DNA of 64,000 bases, taken from contig CP075492.1 of assembly GCA_021613535.1 (NCBI GenBank), positions 18,352,001-18,416,000 of the forward strand. Reading direction: 5' to 3'. This DNA is from Adineta vaga (lineage: Eukaryota; Animalia; Rotifera). Below the pieces are notes generated by a model, which had not been told where the DNA came from, ran no database searches, and saw only the letters and a program-made list of their open reading frames with translations. The position numbers and the translations under genes are program-made. Positions 13,001-26,474 of this stretch are shown here, piece by piece (positions within the stretch are counted from its first letter, which is position 1; the number at the start of each line of letters is the position of its first letter).

Positions 13001-16000
13001 TTAACTCTAAACGTTGTTCGCGAGTGATATGAACTAAATGATTTCTATGTATAAACATAAATATTTTCGATGCAATCTAAGAAACTTTCGTGTTTAAGCC
13101 ATGTTTTTGAGCACTTTTCAATGCTTTCCGTATATTAGAGTTATATGAAATGCGGTAGTCGGGATAGTTTGCACTTTTTCCTCTTATACAGTAAAATTAA
13201 GAACAGCACTGATTGGTTTCGAAATAAAAAAATTAATAAATATTCAAGATTTCTGTACACAGAAATATTACGAAAAAAAAGTAATTATATGTATGGAATC
13301 TTTGACAACAGTTTCCTTGAATTCTATGTTACTTTTTCTAACATCAATGATCTGCTTTCAATTATTTAGATGTCTATTTAAACGTTTGCATACTATTCTA
13401 TTCTAAAAGACTACTCTTCTCTCACAGATTTCATAAGAATTTTGAAGTTTAGATCTAAATGGAACATTTTATTAGTGTTTATGCGTATTATCGCATACAT
13501 TTAATCTTTTTTTTAATTTTTTTCTTTCTCCATTGATAGCCAATTCACTAGATATCCAATCAATATACTTATCTGAACTGAACGCTAGTAGTCCGATATA
13601 TGCGCGAAGTAGGTGTTATGGAGAACATCACTTCTATGAAGCAATTGAAGTGAAAATTATTGAGACCGGTGATTATAGTCTTGGTAGCAATAGCACTATG
13701 GATACATATGGTTACATTTACAAGGATAGTTTCAATCCAGCTTATGTAGTCGAGAATTTACTTTCAGAGAATGATCAAAGTTATCGTAATAATCAATTTA
13801 AACTTGTCATTCATCTTCAGGTTAATACAGCGTATATATTAGTTATGACGACATATTCTCCAAATGTCACCGGACTATTTTCTATAATTGCAACTGGCCC
13901 GAAGAATGTCAATTTCAATCGAATTAGTAAGTACTTGATGCTCAAATTATATAAAACAGTAATAGTAGTACCATGAAAATTCAAATAATAGTTTTAGTTG
14001 TTGAGAAACCATGCAATTACCATTAGTAGAAGTGACGTCAGCTCTTTTTTCTAACTATTAACTATTTTATTATATTCTTTATAAACAGAAAGAATAATGG
14101 GAAATGCTCAGAGTTACTGATTTCTTCTTCATCATTTGCTGATGTGAGACGTATTGGAAAGTCTAATTCTCAATGTATTCCTTTTTCTAGAGGTTAATAT
14201 TTCAGAAGTAGTTCAATCAGTGTATTTATCGATGCTGAATAAATATGCTCTATCTAATTCGAATGGAATGCAAGGTGCATTATACTATGCTTATGAAGCA
14301 ATACAAATAAACGTGATCCAAACTGGCCACTATATATTTAATAGTAATAGTACAGCCAATATATACGGTCGCATTTACCACAACAGTTTTGATCCGTTAG
14401 AACCAAATAGAAATTTAAAGGCACAAAATGTTGATGACTGTCTTTATAGTAACTTTAAAATCATTGTTTATCTACAAACCAATGTAAGATACATTTTGAC
14501 AGTCAATACAAATTCTGTTAATATCAAAGAAAAATTCTCAATTATTGTATATGGACCAAACAACGTCTTTTTCAGTCGCATAAGTGAGTATCTTTACTAT
14601 TATCAACCTATTTGCAATATTCTATGGAAATAGATAGTTGACATTATAACCAAATTAAAAAAGATTTGTGATTTTGAGATCGTTATCATTACATATTCAT
14701 AACAGTACGATTGATAGAAGGGATTTAAAACAATCTGGAAATTGAATAATTTGTGTAAATTTTAAATGAATGGAACTCAGTCTCTCAAAAATTCAGTCAA
14801 CTTTGAACACTATATACACTTTATCTCGCCAAACAATATGCTAAACTACTTCATTATGAGAGAAAAAGCAAATTTATTCGATTAAGATCTTTATCAAGAG
14901 ATTGTATTTATAAGGAAAATTCTAAGTGCAATAACAGAAGATCATTCTTTAATGTTTTGCTGTTTTGGAACCTTGAATACTTTCTAAATTTTCTTCGTTT
15001 CTTAGACAATTCAAACGATACTTCATTAATTACTGAAGCAATCTATTCATCAGTCTTGGCAACGCAAAGTCAAAAAGATAAAATTGATGATAAATGTATT
15101 CCATATAGTCTTAGGGAAACTATCCAAATTAAAGTGATTACATCTGGTATATATACACTTCAAAGCATAAACTACATCCGTATATGGGGAGTACTGTACG
15201 TCGATAATTTTACTGTTCCTAATATAGCATTTAATCGTCCAAGAACAATTTTAAGCGCGGATTTCAGCGAATATTTTAAATTTGTTGTCAATCTCGTATC
15301 CAATACGACATATATACTGTCAGTGTCAACAGCTTCACTTCATGGAGTGAACTTCTCAATTATTTCAGTCGGTCCTAGCAATGTCTCATTCAAAAGTATT
15401 GGTAAATAATTAGATTTTAAATGATCAGCATAGAGGTATCAAATTCAGTTCTACGGAAAGGCTTATTCCATCTAATGACAATTAATGCTAAAGATCCAAT
15501 TCATGTATGATTCTTACTTTGATAATATCGAATTTTTGAATAATTAGAGGTTCTCGTTCTAAATAATGATAATCGAATATTCAGAAAGTTTTCCATTTTC
15601 AAAAATAATTTTTCAAATTATGTGGCTAGAAAATATTAACATAAAGAAGAACGATGTAGAAAATCCATCAAGAATTTTTTCACTATTTGTTTTTATTAAA
15701 AATTATAATTTTTATTTGCTTGTTTAGTCTACGATTCTACAATAATCGAATCAACATATTCATCGGAGTTGACTACTAGTAGTCAAAGATATTTTCGAGA
15801 TTGTGGAATAGAAAAACATTATTATGAAACTATAAACATAACCGTCAAACATACCGGCAATTACAGTTTTTATGGTATTAGTACAATAAGAATATACGGT
15901 TATATCTATCGAAATAATTTTAATCCTTTCAATCCAAAGGAGAATTTACTTACGGAAAATGGTATCACTTGTGATGAATATAAATTTAGCTTCGCAGCAT

Positions 16001-17513
16001 ATCTCGACGTCAACATTACATATATATTTGTTGTAACAACGCTTGTTTCAAATATGCAAGGAAACTTTTCATTTTTAGTCACTGGCCAAAACGATGTTAT
16101 TATGAATCGCACTAGTGAGTATTTTTGGCTTTCCTTTCGTCTAAAATTTTATTCTTGATTTCAAAAATGATTAAGATGTTCTTGTTAGAAATGATGAGTA
16201 AAGCATATCTAAGGATGAGAGTGAATAATCTTATTTCGAGCCTAGATCGAATCAGCGCGATCGTGAGCGGTCGTATTTAAGAGTCTTTTGCACATTTACC
16301 ATGCATTCTGTTACGGTCGTATAAGTTATCGTTTTCACCCATAGCGCTGAATGTTTGTCATCTTATATAATTTATTCTAGTCCAAAATTATGGCACATGT
16401 TCTGTTGGTCATTGGTGCTATTCCTACACAAGAACTATTGGTTGGACACTCGATGATATTTTACGTCAAGCGATCGTATCAAATGCGACGTTGACCAACC
16501 AATCAGTCTTAATTAAATTTAGTGTAGTTCTTACTATGATTATGTTTTTTGCAGGTCTTATTGACAGTATTCTCTGTTTATTAACATTCCAAAATAAAGT
16601 TTTACAAGAAGTTGGATGTGGAATGTATCTTCTAGTATCGTCGATTACTTCTCTTCTTACTATCTCTATGTTCACAGTGAAATATTGGTATGTTGTTGTT
16701 ACTCAAATGAATGTATTAGAGAAGGTTTCTGTTCTTCGAGGAGGTTGTTTATGTATTGAGCCTCTTCTTAAACTTTTCGCCTATCTGGATTCATGGCTGA
16801 ATGTTTGTATATCTATCGAACGAGCTGTCAATGTTTCAAAAGGTGTTAATTTTGACAGGAGAAAAAGTCGACGTTATGCTCGATGGGTACTCATAATCTT
16901 ACCGTTGTGTATTATGGCCACTATTATTCACGAGCCTATTTGTCGAGATTTATTCAAATATCAAACCGAAACATACAAACCAAATCAAACTATGAACGAA
17001 ACAACAGACGCACAAGAATATGAGAAAATCAAAAAAGATTTTGGTGAAATTGTAACAGAAACGCATGTTTGGTGTGTCACACGATATTCTTCGTCTCTTC
17101 AAAGTTACAATATATTCATTCTATTTTTCCATCTTTTTGGTCCTTTCATTGGTAATATTTTCTCTACTGTGTTCATTATTACTGGAACTGTTCGACAACG
17201 ATCGGTAGTTCAAACGAGAAAAACTTTCAAACAACATATTCTCGAGCAATTAAAAGAACATAAACAATTAATTATCAGCCCAATCGTGCTACTTATTCTG
17301 GCAACACCACGTATCGCAATATCATTGATATCTGCATGTTTGGACATCTCTGATAATGTATGGCTTTATCTTTTCGCTTATTTCATTTCATTTACTCCAG
17401 CGACGCTTCTCTTCGTTATATTTGTTCTCCCTTCAGAACTGTACAAGCAAACATTTATAGAATCAATGACTAAATGGCGACGAAGAATACTTCAATATCC
17501 TCGATCTAGATAA
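10052..17513 (+). CDS. Chimeric receptor: signal peptide + NHL beta-propeller + 4 PPC-like beta-sandwich repeats + class-A GPCR (~1221 aa, 7 exons)
   Basis: Exons 10052-10121, 11099-11998, 13540-13926, 14191-14583, 15006-15401, 15728-16114, 16381-17513. All introns are GT-AG and phase 1; total 3666 nt in frame. NHL motifs (PRGLFVDTNFDLYVADFYNERVQ) and a 7TM domain with SIERA. Confidence 0.8.
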
Positions 17514-18620
17514 TTGAAAACAAATGTTCTTATTCATGAGAGAACGATGATCAGAACTACCCATTGTTTGTTAACATATATCAACAAGAGTTAAGTATTT
17601 ATACGTCAATAGTTTACCCCTATTCTGTCCTTTCTCATTACGGCTCGTCCTTGTTATATGAGAATTTGTCAAAATAAAAGAATGATAGAACACGCACCCT
17701 ATATATTATTTACATGCTTAGCTATTAAAGAAATTTCATCTAGAATTTTTATTAGTTATATATAATCAAGAAAATAATCTAGAGTAATGAAGTGTTGTTT
17801 ATGCTTGTTCAAAAGTATATACAATAATGGCAGAACAAATAACGGAATGTATATTAAAAAAGAAGCGTATCGGATACTTCGTTCTTGGAAACAGCTAACT
17901 CTTCAATTTATAAGTTGACTTATATCAATGAACATCGCTCGTAAACGGTCATATACTAATGAAAGATAACAACAGAACCAAAGTTTCGAAGAACTGACCA
18001 TAGAAGCACTTCTTCTTAATTTCCTTGTCATTCACTTCATCAAACATTTATTTTTTATATTTGGGAAAAAATAAAATTATTTCAGAGAAACGTAACGAAA
18101 TTCGGCTCTGACAAGTTCTAGAGTCATCCTCTCCTTTCATTTGCAGATGAAGTTTCAATCTCTAGTGCTTAAAATATTAGAAAAATCTGCGGGCGAAACG
18201 AAATGTGATAATGAAAAATCGGACAACTGCCTAAAAGATGGATGCGTATGACAACACGAACCGATTCATGTTTGAATTGTCAAAAGAATCATATGAAACG
18301 ATACAAAATAAGATGAATAATCTTTCTATGACATTCTCATTCCATCTGAGAGAGAATTTTACACCAAATTAAGATTATATATTTCGAATAAAAACTAATG
18401 TAAATATATGTTAGTACCGCCATAAATAGTCTTATTTGAAAAAGTAAGAAATTCTGTACAAATCGCTATATAAATAATCTTTGACAATTTGATATAATAT
18501 AAAGTGACGATCTACGTATAGTGTGTCTCTCAATATTTTCAATTCCGTCATATATATTGATGTTCAAAGAGTTGTAGAGAAGTCTTGATGATGAAGTTTT
18601 TCATGGGCTTCAAATAGGTA

Positions 18621-18747
18621 CAGTAGAATCTCTCTTAAATGGGCACCGATGGGCCGGTCCCAAACTACTCACTTAACCGAAGTGCCCTCTTTAGAGAGGT
18701 TCATCTTCATACACATTACACGGTTGCTTTGCGTCCACAAATACATC
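18621..18747 (+). mobile_element. 5' end fragment of a pogo/Tigger-like element
   Basis: TA followed by CAGTAGAATCTCTCTTAA, a Tigger-like TIR start. No matching right TIR; the sequence is cut at the palindrome at 18748. Confidence 0.5.
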
Positions 18748-18785
18748 TTGAGGGTGTGAGTGAGATACTACCATCACCCACATCC
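18748..18785. repeat. Telomere-like palindromic element
   Basis: TTGAGGGTGTGAGTG...CACCCACATCC. Confidence 0.6.
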
Positions 18786-19446
18786 AGAGCCACCCATGGT
18801 CTCCGGGACATACCTATTATAGTTGGTTTAAAACATCAATTGCTTCCCCTAGAAAAATGAGCCTGCGCCGCCCATGACTATATGTATATCTAAATCTATT
18901 TATTTTATAAGTCATATATGACTGTTGTATGTCCATTTATATTATAATTCGAAGTAGGCGACTCATGAAACAATAATTCTCACAGATATTTTATAAAGAG
19001 AAGACGAAAATCGTTATTAAGTATGAGCTAAGAGACGTTAAAGTATATGACGCATGAACGGAGAAGAAACGATGAAACATCATATGAATCATTCATATAT
19101 GAGGAGAAAGAGGATATATAACCTTTTATATTGTCACAAAGGTCAAATAAAAAGACAACATTATTCAAAGAAAATCGAAATGCGGTTAAATATTAATACT
19201 CACATGTATAGAAATAGAAATATAATCAGCGTCTTATGTGCTCTCACAATTGAAAGTAATAAGAATGAATTGATAATGATATGACCGTTCCTGTTTAAAA
19301 AGATTCATAAAATATTTATGAAAATATAGAGATTTGATATATGAAATAATTTCCAACGACAAAATTTCTTTCTACATTCAAAAAATGAACTCAATAAAAA
19401 ATCATCGTATCCATAATTTGAAGTTTTCACACCAAAATTAAAGTTT

Positions 19447-19496
19447 TTAGAGTGTGCGTATAGATTCAAATATTAACACCCACACCCACACCCTCA
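19447..19496. repeat. Telomere-like palindromic element
   Basis: TTAGAGTGTGCG...CACCCACACCCACACCCTCA. Confidence 0.65.
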
Positions 19497-19647
19497 TTAG
19501 TATGATAAATAGTTATAGTTCAATAAATTTCTGACTTATTAAATAATATTAAAAGACAGTACAACAAAAAAGAAGAAAATATGCCAAAAATCTTTTTTTT
19601 TAAAATTTAATTCTCATTTCAATGTATTACTGAGCGTAAAATAATTA

Positions 19648-20708
19648 TTAAATTTGTACAACATCAATAGAGTTTCTTTTAATTTTTGAAAGTTCAATGA
19701 TATTTATTGCTTCAATGACTGGTACAGTTTGATTATTAGGTCGTTTGTTCATCTGTTGTGTACAAATATTTGAAATTACAAAGATAAGTTGTTTACGAAA
19801 TCGTTGTGAAACACAACAGTAGATATAAAATGGACACTAGAATTCAACAATAAAGATGAGAAAAATATTCTTTTTACTGATAAATAAAAAATACTTACAG
19901 CATAACTTGAATAATCTATTAAAATTAAGATTCCGTAAATAAGATTACTTAAGGCTATTTGTTGTGAATTTTGAGTAGTTTGATAAAGTGAATAAATGAA
20001 ATAAATAGTATAAGGCAATATGGTAATGACAACAACTATTACATGATTAAGTGTCATAGCTGTTAATTGTCGATCACGACTTAAACGTACAATATTCATT
20101 TGTCGATTCAATAAGGTACGAGCATTGTAAAAAGCTAATAAAGAAAATGTGATCATTTCAGTGATAGGTAAAACACCTTGGAGAATTGGTAACTGAAATC
20201 GAGTGCTATAGATTATAAAATTTGAATTAACTATCGTACATCTACCAGAAGGTGCATCCCAATAAAAAAGAATAGGAATATTATACAAACCCCAAAATAT
20301 ATAACTAATAAATACATTATATCGAGCAAATCGGAAATTACTAAAACGTCGATATTTACTCATTGATAAAAATTGATCAGTAGTTGCTAAACATACATTT
20401 GTTAGTGACACCAAAAGAGCCCATACAGCTATATAGACTTGTGTTTTACAAACCCATGATATTGTTCTAATATCCATAGAAAAACCTTCACTTAAAATAC
20501 GTACAGATAATGCAACTAATAATGCAATAATATTTACTACTGAAACTGAGGTTAAATAAAATGCACAAGTAGTTTCTCGAAATATTTTTAATGTTGTAAA
20601 AATAATGATATTAAATAGACAACCTATAGTACCGAGAATCATGATTGATAATCCAAAATAAATATGAATTTGTTGATTAGTCAGAACCAATGTACTTTCA
20701 GTCGACAT
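19648..20708 (-). CDS. Orphan class-A GPCR, 2 exons
   Basis: 7TM ORF (ATTDQF). An intron at about 19897-19837 gives the TM7 end CPFYIYCCVSQRFRKQ; stop at 19648-19650. Confidence 0.85.
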
Positions 20709-21256
20709 TGAGCCAGTTAGAATTTCAGTAAAATGGTTTTTCTTTGAACTTCAGGTAGATAGATAGATATAAATAATTAATTTCATACATGGATGTACTT
20801 TATTTTAATTGAATATAAAATCATGAAAACGTTTCTCTTTTATCTAAAATTAGTAAATGTATGCGTGATAACAAATTGGATTTATACGAAATAAATATTC
20901 ACAGTAATCTACATAGTTTACATGTCTATTTTTGAATAACATAATTATCTAGAGTAAAGTGAAGAAATTGCATAGTTCTTTTTTATTGCCGTTTTTGCTT
21001 TTCCAATAACTTTTTCATACCTGAATATTTTTCCATGAGATTTGCAGGGCAAATGGAGTGGCTGTTGAACTCTAAATAAAAAAGGTAATGTGACCGAACC
21101 CATCAAAAGGGTTTCGCAGATTTCAAAAGCTTCAGAATGCGTTGATAAATCGAAAGAAATGGTTTTTGAAAATCTACGAAAACTAAAAAACATCTGACCG
21201 CGAGTACACGCTCCGAACCATCGTCTACGAAACCTTTTTAAGTTTCGTACAGCGAA

Positions 21257-21310
21257 AAGGGTGTGGGTGGGTAGGATTATGAATAAATATACCACATCCA
21301 CCCGCAACAC
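21257..21310. repeat. Telomere-like palindromic element (degenerate)
   Basis: AGGGGTGTGGGTGGGT...ACCACATCCACCCGCAAC. Confidence 0.5.
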
Positions 21311-21964
21311 AAGTTAGGTCACGTGACATAAATAAATAAATAATGTTTATTATTAGATGTCTATAGGAAAAATTCAAATCAATTTTGATAATCGATTCGT
21401 CTAATAGAAGATTACTAGTGATCAATAATACAGTCGTCGTTGCCATTTAGTAAAAGATTCTTTATATATGTTCATATATAATTGGGAAGGAACGACAAAG
21501 ATCATAAAGATGAGTATCGTTGATGTGAATGATATAGAATAACCACCAATGTATAACCATTGCAAATAGTTGAATATGCATTTATATTTAAATTCGATTT
21601 CGGCAGCTCATTATATAAAGAGTGATTATAATTGAATAGAATATAGAAAACACAAAATTATTTTTATTGTTTTATTTGAAAATAGATATAAAAGGATATA
21701 AAATATCTTTTATTCATAAGTTGAAAGAAGCAAAAAAAACTTTTTTCTATGTTTTTTTTTCTTCTATTTGCAATGTAATCAAATGAATAGAAGATAAAAT
21801 TGTTTGTTATGAGAGAATGTCTACCGTTTCTGTTATAAAGCATTCCTTCATGTCAATGATAAGAAATACTCTTTTTTTTTTAATATTTTTTTGTGATTCA
21901 TTCGAAATAAATCAAGTATTTATAATATATAAAAAGTCTGAAAAAAAACATTATTCTTCTTCTA

Positions 21965-23731
21965 ATGAGTGAAACAAATGTGATGATGAAATTTGAATTC
22001 TTACCCAATGAAATTCTTATTGAATGTTTTCAATATTTGAATGTGTTAGATATATTTAATTCATTTGATCAATTAAACAAACGTTATTTTAAACTTATTC
22101 GAAGTTTATCATTTCATCTCAATTTTCAACATATTAAAAAATCATTATTTGATCAATTTACTCAGAAAATGTTAATTAATTCTGAAATAAAAAATCAAAT
22201 ATTTTCATTAACATTATCAAATGAAAATGATACATGTTGTCAAATTGAATTATTTCTTTCATTATTTTCATTGAATGAATTTTCTTCTCTTCAATCATTA
22301 TCTTTAATTTGTTTAAAAGAAAATCAAATAAAACAAATTCAAAATCAAATATCATCTTTAACTAATTTATCATATTTTTATGCTAGTGATGAATACTGGA
22401 ATAGTGAACTCTTTTCTGCATTACCTTTATTAACAATACAAACTTTAACTCTTCCATTAATATCTAATGATTTTATTGTAAGTGAATCATCAATAAGAAA
22501 TTTAACAATTTATCGTTGTTCATGGGACTGTATTTATCGAATATTAAAATATTTATCTAATTTAAAATATTTAAAGATAGAATCATTTTCTCAAAATTTC
22601 TGTTCTGAATTTGATCTATTCAATTTCAACAAATTATTGAATGTTAGTTTAACAAAATTAATTGCCAGCTTGGATCTTATTCAATTTGATCATTTGGAAA
22701 TTTTATTAAAAAATTTAAAAAATTTAAAAAGTTTAAATTTAGTAGCTTATAATTGTAAAGATATGTTTGATAGTTATCGTTGGCAAAATCTTATTTTATC
22801 TTCATTACCTCATTTATTTTATTTTAAATTTAATTTTCGTGTTAGATTAGAAAATGAATATGGGATAGATTGCACAAGAAATAATGTTTTAGAGAAGTTT
22901 CAATATTTTCAAAATGATTTTTGGCATAAACAACATCAATGGTATACTCAATGTCATTTTGATAAACGTCATGTATTTATTTATACAATACCTTTTATAG
23001 GAAATGAATTTGAAATAACATCATTTACAAATATATATTCATATTCATTATCGAATCATTTAAATATATTTAATAATGTTCAAAATTTAATAATATTTCC
23101 ACAAGTACTTAAAAATCAATTTCAATTCTATTTTTCAAACATAAAAACATTAAAACTTCAGTGTCAGTGTTATGATTATATGATGGATGATAATATTATT
23201 TTAACTATCAAAGATATTGATTCTATGAAAAGATTTTTCAATTTTTCAAATCTTGAACATTTAGATATTGATTGTGAATGTCAGTTTGAATCACCATTAG
23301 TTTTATTATATCTATTAAAACAAGCACCAAAAATTTTATCATTATCTATTGATTATCATAAATTAATATCATTATGTAATAATAAACAATTATGCAATTA
23401 TTTTAATACCTTCATTCAAAAATTAGAAATTAAATCTGCACATTATTTGTTTTCTTCTAGAGATCTCGAATCACTCTGTCAAGTATTTTCAAATCTTCAA
23501 CAAATTCAATGTATTATCGATAAACTAAATGATTTATTAATATTATTAGATCAATTACCCAAATTACGAAGTATAATTAGTAATCATCGTTATGAAAATG
23601 CAGATGGTATAGATCTATGGTTAAAAACTAACATTGAAAAACGGAAAAAGACTTCTCTGTTTCAATATTCTATACGGGAGTGCCATAGAGGAGGTCCTGA
23701 TTCTTTAAAACATTTATATATATGGCTTTAA
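21965..23731 (+). CDS. F-box / leucine-rich-repeat protein
   Basis: N-terminal F-box (FEFLPNEILIECFQYL...FDQLNKRY) followed by LxxLxxLxL repeats and a FIYTIPF motif. Confidence 0.85.
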   Translation: MSETNVMMKFEFLPNEILIECFQYLNVLDIFNSFDQLNKRYFKLIRSLSFHLNFQHIKKSLFDQFTQKMLINSEIKNQIFSLTLSNENDTCCQIELFLSLFSLNEFSSLQSLSLICLKENQIKQIQNQISSLTNLSYFYASDEYWNSELFSALPLLTIQTLTLPLISNDFIVSESSIRNLTIYRCSWDCIYRILKYLSNLKYLKIESFSQNFCSEFDLFNFNKLLNVSLTKLIASLDLIQFDHLEILLKNLKNLKSLNLVAYNCKDMFDSYRWQNLILSSLPHLFYFKFNFRVRLENEYGIDCTRNNVLEKFQYFQNDFWHKQHQWYTQCHFDKRHVFIYTIPFIGNEFEITSFTNIYSYSLSNHLNIFNNVQNLIIFPQVLKNQFQFYFSNIKTLKLQCQCYDYMMDDNIILTIKDIDSMKRFFNFSNLEHLDIDCECQFESPLVLLYLLKQAPKILSLSIDYHKLISLCNNKQLCNYFNTFIQKLEIKSAHYLFSSRDLESLCQVFSNLQQIQCIIDKLNDLLILLDQLPKLRSIISNHRYENADGIDLWLKTNIEKRKKTSLFQYSIRECHRGGPDSLKHLYIWL

Positions 23732-23784
23732 AATTTTTCTTTAATCAATAAACTTGTTATTCCAGAATAAATTCTTATTTTAGA

Positions 23785-23826
23785 GAGGGTGTAGATGTGA
23801 ATGAACAAGATATACCCACACCCTTA
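23785..23826. repeat. Telomere-like palindromic element
   Basis: GAGGGTGTAGATGTG...ACCCACACCCTT. Confidence 0.6.
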
Positions 23827-23849
23827 TATAGATAGAATCGGTGGCGTAT

Positions 23850-24332
23850 GATAAAAAAAAACATCCAACAGACAAGATTAGACGAGAATATTCTCGAAGT
23901 TAAAAAACACTCTAGAATATACGCATCGAGGAATTGTACATAAAATACTAAAAATGATTTGAATAATCATTATTCTTGTCATTTGTTGTTCCCACATTGA
24001 TAAACGATTTCGAATAGATCTTGATGTACACGCCCAACGATCATCAAATGAACTCAAACAAAGAAATGTCATTGCACACATGCACCTGCTAATTGACTGA
24101 AGAAAATCATTAGTTTACATGATATTGAAGATGTTGATGGAATACTTTGTAGAAGAATAATTAATAAAATACCAATGTCAGATATTGATTGACCAAAAAC
24201 ATAAAAAACTGTAGGAGAATGTCGATATTTTTTTGTCCAAATAAAAATAAACAAAGCACCTGGTATTCCAATTGAAAAAAATATAATTGGACTCCAGAAG
24301 GAAAGATCAAAAGCTACTTGAAGAATAGACAT
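23850..24332 (-). pseudogene. Truncated, frameshifted class-A GPCR
   Basis: TM1-TM3 (CKLMIFF, SSFDDRW) and TM6 (EQQMTRIMIIQ...CTIPR) pieces lie in different frames with internal deletions. Confidence 0.65.
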
Positions 24333-26474
24333 CTTTTCTTTACTACTTTATTCTGTAAATGAAAATAAATTTTTATCACGATCTTTCTCTTGAATTTATA
24401 ATGATATTGTTCAAAATCTATTTTTTCTCTTTATTTCTACAATATCCTTGAATTACGTATAGAACTATTATTTTCAGACGTGTCTATAAGAGAATAAATC
24501 TATCTAAAATGTTTATAATTAAGGTTTCTTCACAAAGATATTTTTATTGATGTATTTCTTATATGAAATCCGAGTGAGGATACGGGTGTCTTTCTCTCAG
24601 ACAACAAATAGAATCAATAAATAATCCACACCATTGATCATCTGCTCGATGTTAATCAAACGAATTTGAAAGCAAAATGTTTTCTTTCTCTTCTTTCAAA
24701 ATAACAACGATAGAAATAACTCATACTATACTGATATATCGACAAGATACACATGAAGAACATGACTGAAAATCATTATAATGATGAAGAGAAACACTTG
24801 TACTCATATTCTATTTATAGTCTTACGCATATCATGATTTATTCTATTCTTTGCATTATTGGGAACATCTGTTCGGATACTTTAGAATGATGTCATAATG
24901 TTTCACTCTATTCTTTTTTCTTTGTCATAAGTAACATATTTTTATCAAGATGCATAGATTGCTCATTAATATATACCTGACTGAAATAGAAAAAATTATC
25001 AACGAAACGAGAATATATCTTTAATATATATTATTGCTTCATTCCATTTATAAAAGGATATTCTTTAATAACAAGAATACTAGCATACAAATGGTAGCGA
25101 TTACACTTTGTAAGTATATTCATTGAAGTATTATCCGTAATAATATTAATATATATATGTTGAATTGATTGTTTCAGATATTTTTCTGTTTCCTCTGGTT
25201 AATACAATTCCAACTTCTGTACCAAATTTTACAAACATCTACAATAATTTGATACAAAATTCAACCGATTTATATGTATCAACACAACCAGAGTTCACAT
25301 CATTTTCTGCAACGAAGAAAATGGAAACGACAAATTCAAGTTATATAATAAGACTATCAAAAAGGATAGTTGCTATTAATACTACAAATACAATTATACT
25401 ACAACTCGAAGTTTATCACTTTCGGGCGTTAGCATTGCTTGCATAGTAATTGGTATACTTGTTTTCGTCTATTGTGCTTGTCCTTTAAAATATTGTAAGA
25501 CTGTTCACTGGGAAACTAGTAAAGATTGGATCGAAGATTATAAACTTTACATTTGATTTTATCTTTTTTAATTTCATGTGACTTATTTTAATATATGTAT
25601 AATTCAACTTGTGTTTTTCAATGAATATCGAATGTGATTGAGAGTACTGACGTCTTCTTATCATATAAGAATCCATGAAAACAGCTGAGCTAACTAGTTG
25701 AATAAATCCTGATTTGGTACAATCTATCAATATGTAGCAGAAGATAGAGCAAGCGAAGTTCTACAAAACCTGCTATAGTACTAGTCACACAAATTCGGCA
25801 AAACGATGCTATGAGGGACGCAAGTTTATGAAGGTTCACGCTATTGCAAGGTTCATCTTTTAAACTCAATTATTTGATTCGTATATGATTCGATTGTGTG
25901 GAAGACGGCCTATCAGAATATATATAAATAATTGATTTTCCGCTTTTTAAGGCTTCCCCTCAGAAAACTCAATTTTTTGAGAAAAGTGGAAGTTGATTTT
26001 TTTCATATGACCCTTCCTACAGTCGAGGAAATAAAAAAATTGTCTAACTCTTCTATCTCTCTGTATATTAAACTAAACATGTTTTATTTGTGATCAGTTT
26101 CAGGATATGAATTAAACGATTTCTTCTATTTTCAAATACATTCAATTTAGATAATAAGCGAATTCTTTGATATTTCTATTAAAGTTGGTCCTTAATAAAA
26201 ATGAATCATTATTGCAAAACACATTGATTTATAACCATGACTCATTTTCTTCCTTGGAAAAAACCTTTTTGCTTTTGATGATACGTTAGATTATAAAAAA
26301 GCGTATCACACCTTCGTATGAAATAACACGAGTCATTCTGAATAGTATGCTTGTAAATTACCTCAATGTTAGATCCAGCTTGTTTATTAAACTTTCTTTT
26401 GATGAGATACTTTTACGTACGAATTATTTGAATGTCAATTGAGATTCATGTTATGAAATTTTCAGTTTTAGATA

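Noticed and set aside
24760-25490. Possible mucin-like single-pass gene
   Set aside because: Exon-like pieces exist, but I could not splice a consistent open frame.
25945-26060. TTAA-GG start resembling a Kolobok-type MITE end
   Set aside because: No matching opposite end or TSD found.
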